A stretch of 64,000 nucleotides of DNA from a virus, in IMG/VR virus record IMGVR_UViG_3300030419_004788, positions 32,001 through 96,000 of that record, one strand, 5' to 3'. The notes beneath the pieces are model-generated. The model saw nothing but the letters and a program-made list of their open reading frames with translations, did not search any database and was not told where the DNA came from. Positions within the stretch are counted from its first letter, which is position 1, and every line of letters begins with the position of its first letter. Made by a program: the position numbers and the translations under genes. Positions 17,998-26,457 of this stretch are shown here, piece by piece.

Positions 17998-19296
17998 TTA
18001 GGGTGTGAGTCCTGATTCAGAGAGTGAACCAGTTAGGTCATCACCTGTATTCTTATTTGTAAATGTTAGTTTGATAAAGTTAATACTTTTTGCTGGCTTG
18101 ATATAAACATCAGCAACAAATTGGTTTGAATCTATGATGTTTGAAGTATTATTGGTTTCATCACAAACAACCCTATAGTCATAGATTCCCCTTCGACTTT
18201 GTATAGTTTGAAGCACTGGAACTACTGAATTTACAAATGCCGCCCTTGTTATTTCATCGTTGAATTCAAAGAGTTTATCTCTTGCAGCCGCACCGATTGT
18301 CCTCTTGAGGTATATAAAGAGTCTAGAAACATTAATTCTACTTAATGTGCTTGTTGACTCTGCACCAGTTTTATCCCCGAACAATACTGTTCCTTCGCCT
18401 GGGAAGGTAGTAACTGGATTAATCTTGAGGTCATACATTGTATCCATTTCAGAATCTGTTGGATTGTCAATAAGACTTACGACATCCAAGATTGTTCCTC
18501 GTTTAAATCCGGCAGGTGACCACCACATATCACCAAGTTTATCGTTTCTACAAATACACCCTGCAACATCTGCGGCTATATTTGTAGTGATATAGTTTGG
18601 TGAATCTGCTGTACCATAATCGTTGGATGTAGTTCTTGAGATGTTAAGGTGTTTCTTTTGTCCAAATACGCAGATATTGAATTCGTCTGCGTTTCCAACA
18701 AATGCCGCACTACCCGCTGCCAGTCCTGGCGCTACATTATTAATTGCTACACAATCTCCTCTTGTGGTTGCGACAGTTGAACAAGTACTTGTACCAGTTG
18801 CACCGAAAACTACATCTAAAGCAATACCCTTATCTGTAAGTGCAGCCACACCACTTGCATAAGACGATTCATCACCTGTTCCTGCAACAACCAAAACACC
18901 ACCATATTGTAGGAAGTTGTGGGCAGCCCACCATTCATTTTTCCATGCTCCTGTTGGACCTTGACTCCATCTTGCATAGGTTAATCCTGCAAAGGAATTT
19001 CCGTGTTCATAATTGTAAGTTGAACCGGGAGTTAGATGATAAAAAGGAAATCCTTGGTCGCCTTCCAACGCAGTATCCGTTTGTTCATGTATTGGTTCAT
19101 TGGTATTCAATCTTGACATGATATCAGCAACACTTTCAAGTGTCATTAAACCTGCTTTATATTCCGCAGTAGTTCCTATTGCTTGAATCAATCCTTGCGT
19201 ACTTGGCATACCTCCACGAGCAAGAGAACCTGATTCTGTATTTGGAATGAAGAAACTCTGGTCTTCTACTATAACTGTTACATTTGGTCTAGCCAT
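17998..19296 (-). CDS. gp18: Contractile tail sheath protein gp18 (short, 432 aa)
   Basis: AAHNFLQYGG, WWSPAGFKRG, INPVTTFPGEGTVLFGDKT, SRINVSRLFIYL, LFEFNDEITR, RRGIYDYRVVCDETNNT and IKPAKSINFI. Confidence 0.96.
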   Translation of the reverse strand: MARPNVTVIVEDQSFFIPNTESGSLARGGMPSTQGLIQAIGTTAEYKAGLMTLESVADIMSRLNTNEPIHEQTDTALEGDQGFPFYHLTPGSTYNYEHGNSFAGLTYARWSQGPTGAWKNEWWAAHNFLQYGGVLVVAGTGDESSYASGVAALTDKGIALDVVFGATGTSTCSTVATTRGDCVAINNVAPGLAAGSAAFVGNADEFNICVFGQKKHLNISRTTSNDYGTADSPNYITTNIAADVAGCICRNDKLGDMWWSPAGFKRGTILDVVSLIDNPTDSEMDTMYDLKINPVTTFPGEGTVLFGDKTGAESTSTLSRINVSRLFIYLKRTIGAAARDKLFEFNDEITRAAFVNSVVPVLQTIQSRRGIYDYRVVCDETNNTSNIIDSNQFVADVYIKPAKSINFIKLTFTNKNTGDDLTGSLSESGLTP

Positions 19297-19376
19297 TCTT
19301 AATCTCCTAGAAAGATGTGTGCTTTATTTTCATAAAAATATATATTTTATATTACTTTTTATATTCGTATTCTTGA

Positions 19377-19384
19377 TATTTATA
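19377..19384 (-). promoter_or_regulatory. T4-type late promoter TATAAATA upstream of gp18
   Basis: Exact TATAAATA on the minus strand in the gp17-gp18 intergenic region. Confidence 0.75.
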
Positions 19385-19395
19385 ATTTTTTGATT

Positions 19396-21048
19396 TTAGG
19401 CACTGAACCATCTCGATTCCCCATCCCACTCTCCTTCTTCAGTTTCGTCCATTATAAACCCAAATGGCAATAGGTCATCTTCTATTTCACGAATTTGACC
19501 TTCATATATCTGAGTTCGGATATCACTGTCAGTAAGAGATTTAAAATATTCTTGCCTAGTCATCCACGCAAACAAAACCAAACACATTACCAAATCGTCT
19601 GTATGACCATCATCTGCTTCAAATGAATTCTTTTTTGCAACAAAGGTAATCAATTCATTAACTACATCAACATCTTCCACAATAAGTTTATCTTCTTCAA
19701 TTAGACTTTTTAGTATAGAACACCCAAGTTTTTTCACAGGAACGGTTGTACGAACACCTAATTGCGATTGAGTTCTGCTAGAACCAAAACCACCATTCAT
19801 GACTTGTCCTGCTCTACCTTTATATGCAGTCATCATAATATTTTCATATTCTAAGTCTTCATGGAGAATATCTGCAACTTGCCCTCCAATGTCGTTAATT
19901 TCCACCAAAACCCCCGCATTATTATACTTTGTTGCAACTGCTCTTATCACTGTAGGAAACACCATAGGAGAAACTGTATTATTTTTATACTTTGCAACCA
20001 ACTTATATGGCATTTCTGTTGCATCTATAATAGTGAATGCACTATAATCCTTTCCTTGACCACGAGAAGTGTCTACTGTCATAAAATAATCTCTATCTGG
20101 TTTGGGTTCTTCATAAACCCATAAACCATCTGCTTCTCTTTTTATTGGAGTAGACCAGTTCAATGAACGAAGTTTCTGCGAAGAAATCAAAGTATTTTGA
20201 CTTCCAACAAAATCACATTCAAATTCTTGTCTAAACTGTTCAGCAGATGTATTTGCAATTGTTTCTGCTTTCCACTTTTCATCTCTTAGAGGACCACCGG
20301 GATATTGTGGGACTTGTTGCCATTCTACTTCAATTGGAATGTATTCGTTCTTTCCGTCTTCGCCAGGCTTCTTTGTTGCACCCTTCCAATAATAATAAAA
20401 CATATTCAATCCATTTGGAGTTGAAATCATAATAACTTTTGTATTCTGTCCCGCACTGATTGTAGGATATACAGAATTAAAGAATTCTTCAGCAATGGTA
20501 TTAGGAACATGTGCAAATTCGTCAAGCATAATAATGTTATATGAACCACCACGAATCGCACTTGATGATGTGGAAGATGCAATAATCTTTGAACCATTTT
20601 CAAGTTTGATAGAACCTTTGTTCCATTCTACAATTCCTTGTTGCAACCAAAGTGGCAGATATTCGTAGGTGAGTTGCAAACGACTCAAAATATCTTTCGC
20701 GACGGATTGTTTATTTGCTAGAATAGCAACATTCATACTTTGGTTGAAAAGGATATAGTGTAGAAGGTACGATACCATAGTGGTAGATTTACCAGACTGT
20801 CTTGGTAATTTACCAATAACAAATCTGTTGTTGTGTACCGCATCAATCATATGTTCTTGAAAGTCATACATCTTAAAAGGAACAAGTCCTTCATCCAAAG
20901 AAACAACCTTGATATACTTCTCGATAAAGTATATGGGGTCTGTAGCACAACGCATATATTCCTTCACCTGTTCTTTGGTGAATTCGATATTGACACCAGC
21001 CTCTTTAAGATTCTGGTTTCCTAAATAACCTTTTTGTTTATCAGTCAT
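19396..21048 (-). CDS. gp17: Terminase large subunit gp17
   Basis: YLGNQNLK, CATDPIYFIEKY, KLPRQSGKST, LDEFAHVP, ISTPNG, FRQEFEC, VDTSRGQGKDYSAF and HTDDLVM. No intron or intein seen. Confidence 0.98.
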   Translation of the reverse strand: MTDKQKGYLGNQNLKEAGVNIEFTKEQVKEYMRCATDPIYFIEKYIKVVSLDEGLVPFKMYDFQEHMIDAVHNNRFVIGKLPRQSGKSTTMVSYLLHYILFNQSMNVAILANKQSVAKDILSRLQLTYEYLPLWLQQGIVEWNKGSIKLENGSKIIASSTSSSAIRGGSYNIIMLDEFAHVPNTIAEEFFNSVYPTISAGQNTKVIMISTPNGLNMFYYYWKGATKKPGEDGKNEYIPIEVEWQQVPQYPGGPLRDEKWKAETIANTSAEQFRQEFECDFVGSQNTLISSQKLRSLNWSTPIKREADGLWVYEEPKPDRDYFMTVDTSRGQGKDYSAFTIIDATEMPYKLVAKYKNNTVSPMVFPTVIRAVATKYNNAGVLVEINDIGGQVADILHEDLEYENIMMTAYKGRAGQVMNGGFGSSRTQSQLGVRTTVPVKKLGCSILKSLIEEDKLIVEDVDVVNELITFVAKKNSFEADDGHTDDLVMCLVLFAWMTRQEYFKSLTDSDIRTQIYEGQIREIEDDLLPFGFIMDETEEGEWDGESRWFSA

Positions 21049-21514
21049 CTATAATATCCGTATCAATAATATCTTCTGTTGTGATTGCTTTTGTTCGACT
21101 TCTTTCTTGATTTATTAAGTCCTGCAAATCACTAGTAGAACCAACATAGATTGATTGGTTTGTAGTATTGTTGATATTAACTTCTTCCTTGTTTATATCT
21201 TTTACTTTCTTGTGTAAGTCTATCAAGTCTTTGTTCACTTCAGCAACCGTCTTAATCATTTGTGCTGCCACTTCATATGCTCGTGGAGAATCCCCTTCAG
21301 TTGCGACTTTAATAATACCTTCTATTGCATCTTCACCAGTAGATATTAATTCTTTCATGTTCTTACGAACTAACCAATAATCCTTCTCGCTATCAACTGC
21401 ATTCACCTCAATTGCTTTTGCGTGTGCGGGTACAGGTTTTGATAACTCTTTAGTTTTAAATTCTGTATCCAATGCTTCAGATAATTTTTCATCTACACTT
21501 TTCTTATGTTTCAT
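21041..21514 (-). CDS. gp16: Terminase small subunit gp16; start refined to the ATG at 21514
   Basis: DYWLVRKNMKELI..GEDAIEGI..VA...DSPRAYEVAAQMIK...NKDLIDLHKK and YVGSTSDLQ. SD GGAG 9 nt before the ATG at 21514. Confidence 0.9.
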   Translation of the reverse strand: MKHKKSVDEKLSEALDTEFKTKELSKPVPAHAKAIEVNAVDSEKDYWLVRKNMKELISTGEDAIEGIIKVATEGDSPRAYEVAAQMIKTVAEVNKDLIDLHKKVKDINKEEVNINNTTNQSIYVGSTSDLQDLINQERSRTKAITTEDIIDTDIIDD

Positions 21515-22301
21515 AATAAAAATCTCCATACCATTCGTTACCTGCTGTGAATCCACCCGCGAATTCACCTGTTGCGCCAGATGCTCCACTGTATCCACCT
21601 GTTATTCCAATTCTTAAATCGTGTGCGCCAGTTACAGGATAGTTGAATTTTTCTGATGTACCAAATATATCTATCTCTGATGTTGTAATAATTTTGCTTG
21701 TCTTTGGTGGTCCATATATGTAAGTCTTTGCTGTAAACTCAAAAGTGGTAGTTAAGTTTCTGCGAGTATCAAATTCGCCTTCATATTCTTCTGCTGTGCT
21801 TACTCCACCCAAAATAATAGGAACATCAACATTAGGATTAATTCTATTAACCTTTATCGAAACATTAAACTCTGGAGTAAAATAAGGAAGTATTTGTTCT
21901 ATAATCTGCAAGTTGTCTGTTTGATTTCTTGAGAATGCATATAATCCAAATGAGATATTATATGGAACTTCAGAATAATTATAAGAAGTAGTTGTACCAT
22001 CTGATGATTTCACGGAAGTTTTTCTTAGTTTATTTCCCTTTCTTTGAGGGTCATACATTATTCCAGTGATATCAAATCCCAATCTTGGTAAAGTTATTTG
22101 GGTATGTGTACCATTTGAGATACTACTACTCTCTTGTATCCTTCTTATAAACTTTTCTTTTGGACCATAAGACAAAGGAACACGAATGGTTTCTTTGGTA
22201 GTTCCATCCGCATTTTCTCTTTTGACCACTATATCATTAAACAGTGAACCAAATCCAATTACTAATTTTCTAATAGATTCATTATAGAATTGTCTAAACA
22301 T
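21504..22301 (-). CDS. gp15: Tail sheath stabiliser/completion protein gp15
   Basis: FYNESIRKLVIGFGSLFNDI, RVPLSYGPKEKF, LPRLGFDITG, VPYNISFGL and QIIEQILPYFTPEF. Confidence 0.93.
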   Translation of the reverse strand: MFRQFYNESIRKLVIGFGSLFNDIVVKRENADGTTKETIRVPLSYGPKEKFIRRIQESSSISNGTHTQITLPRLGFDITGIMYDPQRKGNKLRKTSVKSSDGTTTSYNYSEVPYNISFGLYAFSRNQTDNLQIIEQILPYFTPEFNVSIKVNRINPNVDVPIILGGVSTAEEYEGEFDTRRNLTTTFEFTAKTYIYGPPKTSKIITTSEIDIFGTSEKFNYPVTGAHDLRIGITGGYSGASGATGEFAGGFTAGNEWYGDFYYET

Positions 22302-23230
22302 TAATAATCACCCTCCGAGAATGGGTCAGTATCTGTAAAGTCAAATATATCATCTTGGTCACGAATCAATTCAATATCTTCATTATCACCAACTGGTGAA
22401 TCATCTTCTGGTTCATGTGGTATAATTATAGTAGTTGTGGTGGATGTTGTTATTGGATATTCTGCACTAGATACCGCACCCTTAATTGTTTCCGAAGCAG
22501 AAACATTAATAGTACCCACAATATTTGTAACTGTTAGTTTTGTTAGTGTAGAATCCCAATCAGTAACAACAGCAGTAGCAGTTGCATTGGCAAGTTCAGC
22601 AGTTGCACCAGTAACACCAGATACTTGATATACAGTTTCACCTTCAAAGAAATTGGTGTATGTACTGCTACTAACTCTAGTTCCTAAGTCCCATGTAACT
22701 GCAAACTTCTTGCTTACATCTTCTACTGTATCAATATCGGTATATCCAGTATCGATTTCTTCTTGACTGTATGTGAATACCTCACAAGATAATCTATAAG
22801 TGTATAATTTACCCAACTGATAAAATGGATTTTCATGTTCTACAAAATTGATTTCAAAAAGAGTTTTACTTAAAGGGAAGAATATTAAATCACCTTCTTT
22901 TGGTCTAGTAATACTTTCATAGTCCCCAACAGTCTGTTCAAATCTTTTTCTGGAAACTATAAGTTCTACTCTATCTCTAATCTCTAATCCAAACTTTGAA
23001 AGTATATCTCCTTCACCTTCAAACCCATCAATGGAAGCAATATACATTTCTAGTTGATATCCGTCATCAAACTTAGAAATAAGGTCTTCCCCGAAAAGTT
23101 TATCTTGATTAACTAGAGTTCTAGGAATATAGACCATGTCCTTACCCATTGCTTTTATTGTTTCAATGGTAAGGTCTTCAACTACATTCTGCTCTCCAGA
23201 ATATTCTTTAAAGTGTGGATTACGAGCCAT
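22301..23230 (-). CDS. gp14: Neck protein gp14
   Basis: EQNVVEDLTIETIKAMGKDMVYIPR, EMYIASIDGFEGEGDILSKFGLEIRD, RPKEGDLIFFPL and HENPFYQLGK. Confidence 0.93.
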   Translation of the reverse strand: MARNPHFKEYSGEQNVVEDLTIETIKAMGKDMVYIPRTLVNQDKLFGEDLISKFDDGYQLEMYIASIDGFEGEGDILSKFGLEIRDRVELIVSRKRFEQTVGDYESITRPKEGDLIFFPLSKTLFEINFVEHENPFYQLGKLYTYRLSCEVFTYSQEEIDTGYTDIDTVEDVSKKFAVTWDLGTRVSSSTYTNFFEGETVYQVSGVTGATAELANATATAVVTDWDSTLTKLTVTNIVGTINVSASETIKGAVSSAEYPITTSTTTTIIIPHEPEDDSPVGDNEDIELIRDQDDIFDFTDTDPFSEGDY

Positions 23231-23240
23231 TTATAAACCT

Positions 23241-24050
23241 TTAACCTATATCAAAATTAATTGGTAGTTCATATGTTAATTGGAGTTCTTCTTCTAATCT
23301 TAATATTTCTTCATTTGCTTCCGAATATATTTCTCCCCCTCGCAATGAAACTCCACCCGGTAATTGAACACCTTCAAATTTAGATAAATTAGACCCCCAT
23401 TGTTTTTTAATAAGTGCTGTTGTGTATTTTCTCAACCAAATATCATTAAATATTTCAGAAAATGTAGACGATTTTAATTTTACATATGCTTCAACAACAA
23501 CATATCTACCAACTGTAAGGTCTGATGGTCGCATATCTAAAAAGAGTCTATTTCTAACCTTATTAAATCTAATCATTCTTTCTGGTTGAAAGAAGTCTTC
23601 AATCATGTTGATATATCTTTTAGTTTGGTCGTATCTTGCAAGACCCATAGAACTGTTATATCCCAAACCTCTATTAATTCCAAAATAATCACTTAATGCC
23701 ATCTGATATCTTACATCGAACATATCAATACTAGCAAAATTTCCAAACTGAAATATTCCAGACACAGTTAATATGTCTGCTCCAGTTGGAGCGTCAACAT
23801 CAGCAGTAAGTCCATTAACTGGACCAAAACCACTAGTATCAATCCACAGGTTATCTTTGTCTGCCTGTGTTATTTGATATTTGAAATATGCTTTTTCCGC
23901 ACCGTCATGGTGTCTTTCAGCAAATAGCAAAAGAGCCTCGTCAAGACGGTCTTCGCATTGCTGTCTATCGACATTTATTTCTACTACGGGGTCGCCCAAT
24001 TTTCGTAGAGCATAATCGATTAATTCATCTCTAGTAGTAAGATTTGCCAT
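23241..24050 (-). CDS. gp13: Neck protein gp13
   Basis: ELIDYALRKLGDPVVEINVD, DEALLLFAERHHDG, WLRKYTTALIKKQWGSNLSKFEGVQLPGGV and GGEIYSEA. Confidence 0.94.
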   Translation of the reverse strand: MANLTTRDELIDYALRKLGDPVVEINVDRQQCEDRLDEALLLFAERHHDGAEKAYFKYQITQADKDNLWIDTSGFGPVNGLTADVDAPTGADILTVSGIFQFGNFASIDMFDVRYQMALSDYFGINRGLGYNSSMGLARYDQTKRYINMIEDFFQPERMIRFNKVRNRLFLDMRPSDLTVGRYVVVEAYVKLKSSTFSEIFNDIWLRKYTTALIKKQWGSNLSKFEGVQLPGGVSLRGGEIYSEANEEILRLEEELQLTYELPINFDIG

Positions 24051-24071
24051 TTAAAATACTCCTGATGCTTA

Positions 24072-24079
24072 TATTTATA
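24072..24079 (-). promoter_or_regulatory. T4-type late promoter TATAAATA upstream of gp13
   Basis: Exact motif 21 nt before the ATG at 24050, followed by SD AGGAG. A TATACATA variant also lies at 24094-24101. Confidence 0.8.
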
Positions 24080-24134
24080 GAAATTTACACATATATGTAT
24101 AAAAGCACCATGAGCAAGATTGTATATTAAGCAG

Positions 24135-24662
24135 TTAAGATTCTTCTTTTGTGTCTTCTTCTGGTGTTGTTTCTTCACCAATTACGACAGAAACCTTTTG
24201 AACTTCACTATAATCAATATTTTCAATATAGTATTTTCTTGTTACTGGTTCTTCTGCTTCGTCTGGAGAACTTACAACATAATTAGTAAATCCTGGCATT
24301 TGAAGGGTACATGCTACTTTCGGATAATCTAATTTACTATAGTCTTCTCCCTCTGCGACTAACCATGTCATCTTACTATCACCACACCCACAAGCACCGC
24401 AATAGTGTTTACCCTTACCAGTTTCACTTTCCGTTAAATATTCACAGGGTGGTAGTTCTCCGCCATTCTCTAAATTTCCAAAACAACTCAAAACTCTTAG
24501 TTGTTTAATGGGTTTATTGATTTTATTATTGTTTATATTTCTAGAAGCAAGAGCCACTGCAAAACTTTGAACCATTCCTAATTTCTTCTTTAATCCTCTA
24601 TGGTTTGGGTCGATAGGTACTTTTCTGAATTGCTTTTTTTCTTCTGACATATACATCTCCAT
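24135..24662 (-). CDS. Hypothetical Cys-motif (putative metal-binding) protein
   Basis: LRVLSC...LPPC...HYCGACGC...KLDYPKVAC. Six Cys in a compact central region and an acidic tail. Has its own sigma70-type promoter. Confidence 0.65.
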   Translation of the reverse strand: MEMYMSEEKKQFRKVPIDPNHRGLKKKLGMVQSFAVALASRNINNNKINKPIKQLRVLSCFGNLENGGELPPCEYLTESETGKGKHYCGACGCGDSKMTWLVAEGEDYSKLDYPKVACTLQMPGFTNYVVSSPDEAEEPVTRKYYIENIDYSEVQKVSVVIGEETTPEEDTKEES

Positions 24663-24679
24663 TTTAAGAATTTAATAAT

Positions 24680-24707
24680 ATTATACAACAAATATTACTA
24701 TTGTCAA
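24680..24707 (-). promoter_or_regulatory. Consensus sigma70 promoter for the 24135-24662 gene
   Basis: Minus strand TTGACA(24707-24702)-N16-TATAAT(24685-24680), a perfect hexamer match, followed by GGAG near the ATGs. Confidence 0.8.
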
Positions 24708-24722
24708 ATATATTTATTGGTT

Positions 24723-26429
24723 TTACCCAACGATTTCGATTGCCAAACATGCTCTTGCTCTATGTTTATTATCTCGTCTAGACAAAACAATCATAGGAGA
24801 ATCACCGAAAGATTGGCAGTATGCTAATTGTGTTTTAGTTCCATAATCAAAATTAGTTTCAAAAGTAGATGTCCAATAGAATGTTGCATTACTTCTTTGT
24901 AAACCTGTGTATGGATAGTTTGGAGAATCATCAGATACAGTTGTGTTGGAAATAAAATCCAAATCGTCTGTTTGTTTCGCTATGAATCCCCATAAATCTT
25001 TTGATGGTATACCCCAATTCCACCAAACATTTTTATTATATGTTCTATTAATATTTTTTGTTAAATTTAAATTGTTGTGTGCATGGTTATACCAAGAATC
25101 CCAATTAGAACTGCTTAATACATCAGAAGAATTTAAATCTGGTTCATATGCTAAACTAGAACTTCCAAAGTCGCTCTCTGCAATTATTATAGCAAATGTT
25201 TTATTGGAGTTTTTAGTATTATCATTATTCTTTGGATAATAAGTATAACAAATTCCTGTATTTTCTGATGTACCAAAACATTCACTGCCTGGACTATGTG
25301 TACTGTCTGCAACAATGAACTCCCCTACAAATCTACCCTGATTTAAAACTCTGCTTCCAAGTTTCCAAGTGTCTACAGTGCTTCTTGGTATTTTGTTTTT
25401 ATTTGTCATGTAGTTTTGTATATCTGTAGTAATTGTATCCGTACATAATACCTGTTTACCATCTTTATTATATCCTGCCCAAATTCCATTCTTTTTATCG
25501 CATATGGTTTTAGTTTCATTATTACAAACTAATTCTTTAGAAGATGAACTTGTCTTTCTTAAATATGAACAACTAGATTTTAAATCATCGGAATGAACAT
25601 CAAATAATAAATTATTAATATTACCCTTTGCAGTGTAAACATTTGTTCTTCGGTCTTTTTCGTAATATCCTTCACTTTCTGCTTTTTCATATTCTTCACT
25701 ATCACATGATGATAAGACAATATTTACTCCCTGATTATCTGGGTCATAATAACCATCACCTATCGGCATCACACAATAGTTGGCAGGATAGTAAGCAATT
25801 CCTGTTGCTCCATGAGCATTACCAAAAGTTGCACATTCTTTTGTAGAACAAGCACTATCACAAGTAATACCAGAACAACATGCACCAGGCCATCGGACAT
25901 CGGGAACTGTACCACCCTTTGTACATAACATGTGTGCGCCAACCCTAACTGCAAGGGGAGCATTTGGACCGTCATTTAAAGGAACTATATCTGTATATGC
26001 ACCACAAGATATACCTTGTGCCCATACACCACCCTTATCAGAACATTCACAAAAAGTTACATCGTCTTGTAATCCGCCTTGATAACAAGGGAAAGTATAA
26101 TTTCCATAGTTTATGTTTTCACAATTAGCACTCAATTCATTATAGGTGTCAAAGAATCCAGTCGCACCCGCTGGTCCTCCAACACCGTCCCCCCAATTAT
26201 CTACATAACTGCAAGAACAGCAACAACCAGTTGCACCCAAACTTGGGCATGAAACTTGTGTGATGTCATTGTTTTCAACAGGTTGCCAATGACCACCATT
26301 TGCAACGCAAGTATTATAATATTCCAGAATAGGACCATCCGCACGAGCGTAGCAACATGCACCTTGACTATTTGCGTTCGAGGTGTAGTCTGCAACAGAT
26401 TTTATTCTAGACCTGTGTTGAATACTCAT
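24723..26429 (-). CDS. Cys-rich putative virion fibre/adhesin with GACC-type repeats and C-terminal DUF1566/Lcl-like domain
   Basis: GACCY, GCCCSCS and GACCS units. C-terminal WGIPSKDLWGFIA...FYWTST...AYCQSF...HRARAC pattern. Late promoter upstream. Confidence 0.6.
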   Translation of the reverse strand: MSIQHRSRIKSVADYTSNANSQGACCYARADGPILEYYNTCVANGGHWQPVENNDITQVSCPSLGATGCCCSCSYVDNWGDGVGGPAGATGFFDTYNELSANCENINYGNYTFPCYQGGLQDDVTFCECSDKGGVWAQGISCGAYTDIVPLNDGPNAPLAVRVGAHMLCTKGGTVPDVRWPGACCSGITCDSACSTKECATFGNAHGATGIAYYPANYCVMPIGDGYYDPDNQGVNIVLSSCDSEEYEKAESEGYYEKDRRTNVYTAKGNINNLLFDVHSDDLKSSCSYLRKTSSSSKELVCNNETKTICDKKNGIWAGYNKDGKQVLCTDTITTDIQNYMTNKNKIPRSTVDTWKLGSRVLNQGRFVGEFIVADSTHSPGSECFGTSENTGICYTYYPKNNDNTKNSNKTFAIIIAESDFGSSSLAYEPDLNSSDVLSSSNWDSWYNHAHNNLNLTKNINRTYNKNVWWNWGIPSKDLWGFIAKQTDDLDFISNTTVSDDSPNYPYTGLQRSNATFYWTSTFETNFDYGTKTQLAYCQSFGDSPMIVLSRRDNKHRARACLAIEIVG

Positions 26430-26445
26430 ATAGTTTCCTTTATAT

Positions 26446-26453
26446 TATTTATA
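26446..26453 (-). promoter_or_regulatory. T4-type late promoter TATAAATA
   Basis: Exact motif 16 nt upstream of the ATG at 26429. Confidence 0.8.
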
Positions 26454-26457
26454 ATCA

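Noticed and set aside
21515-21598. Longer N-terminus of gp16 given by the ORF track
   Set aside because: It overlaps gp15 extensively. The SD-preceded ATG at 21514 is a better start.
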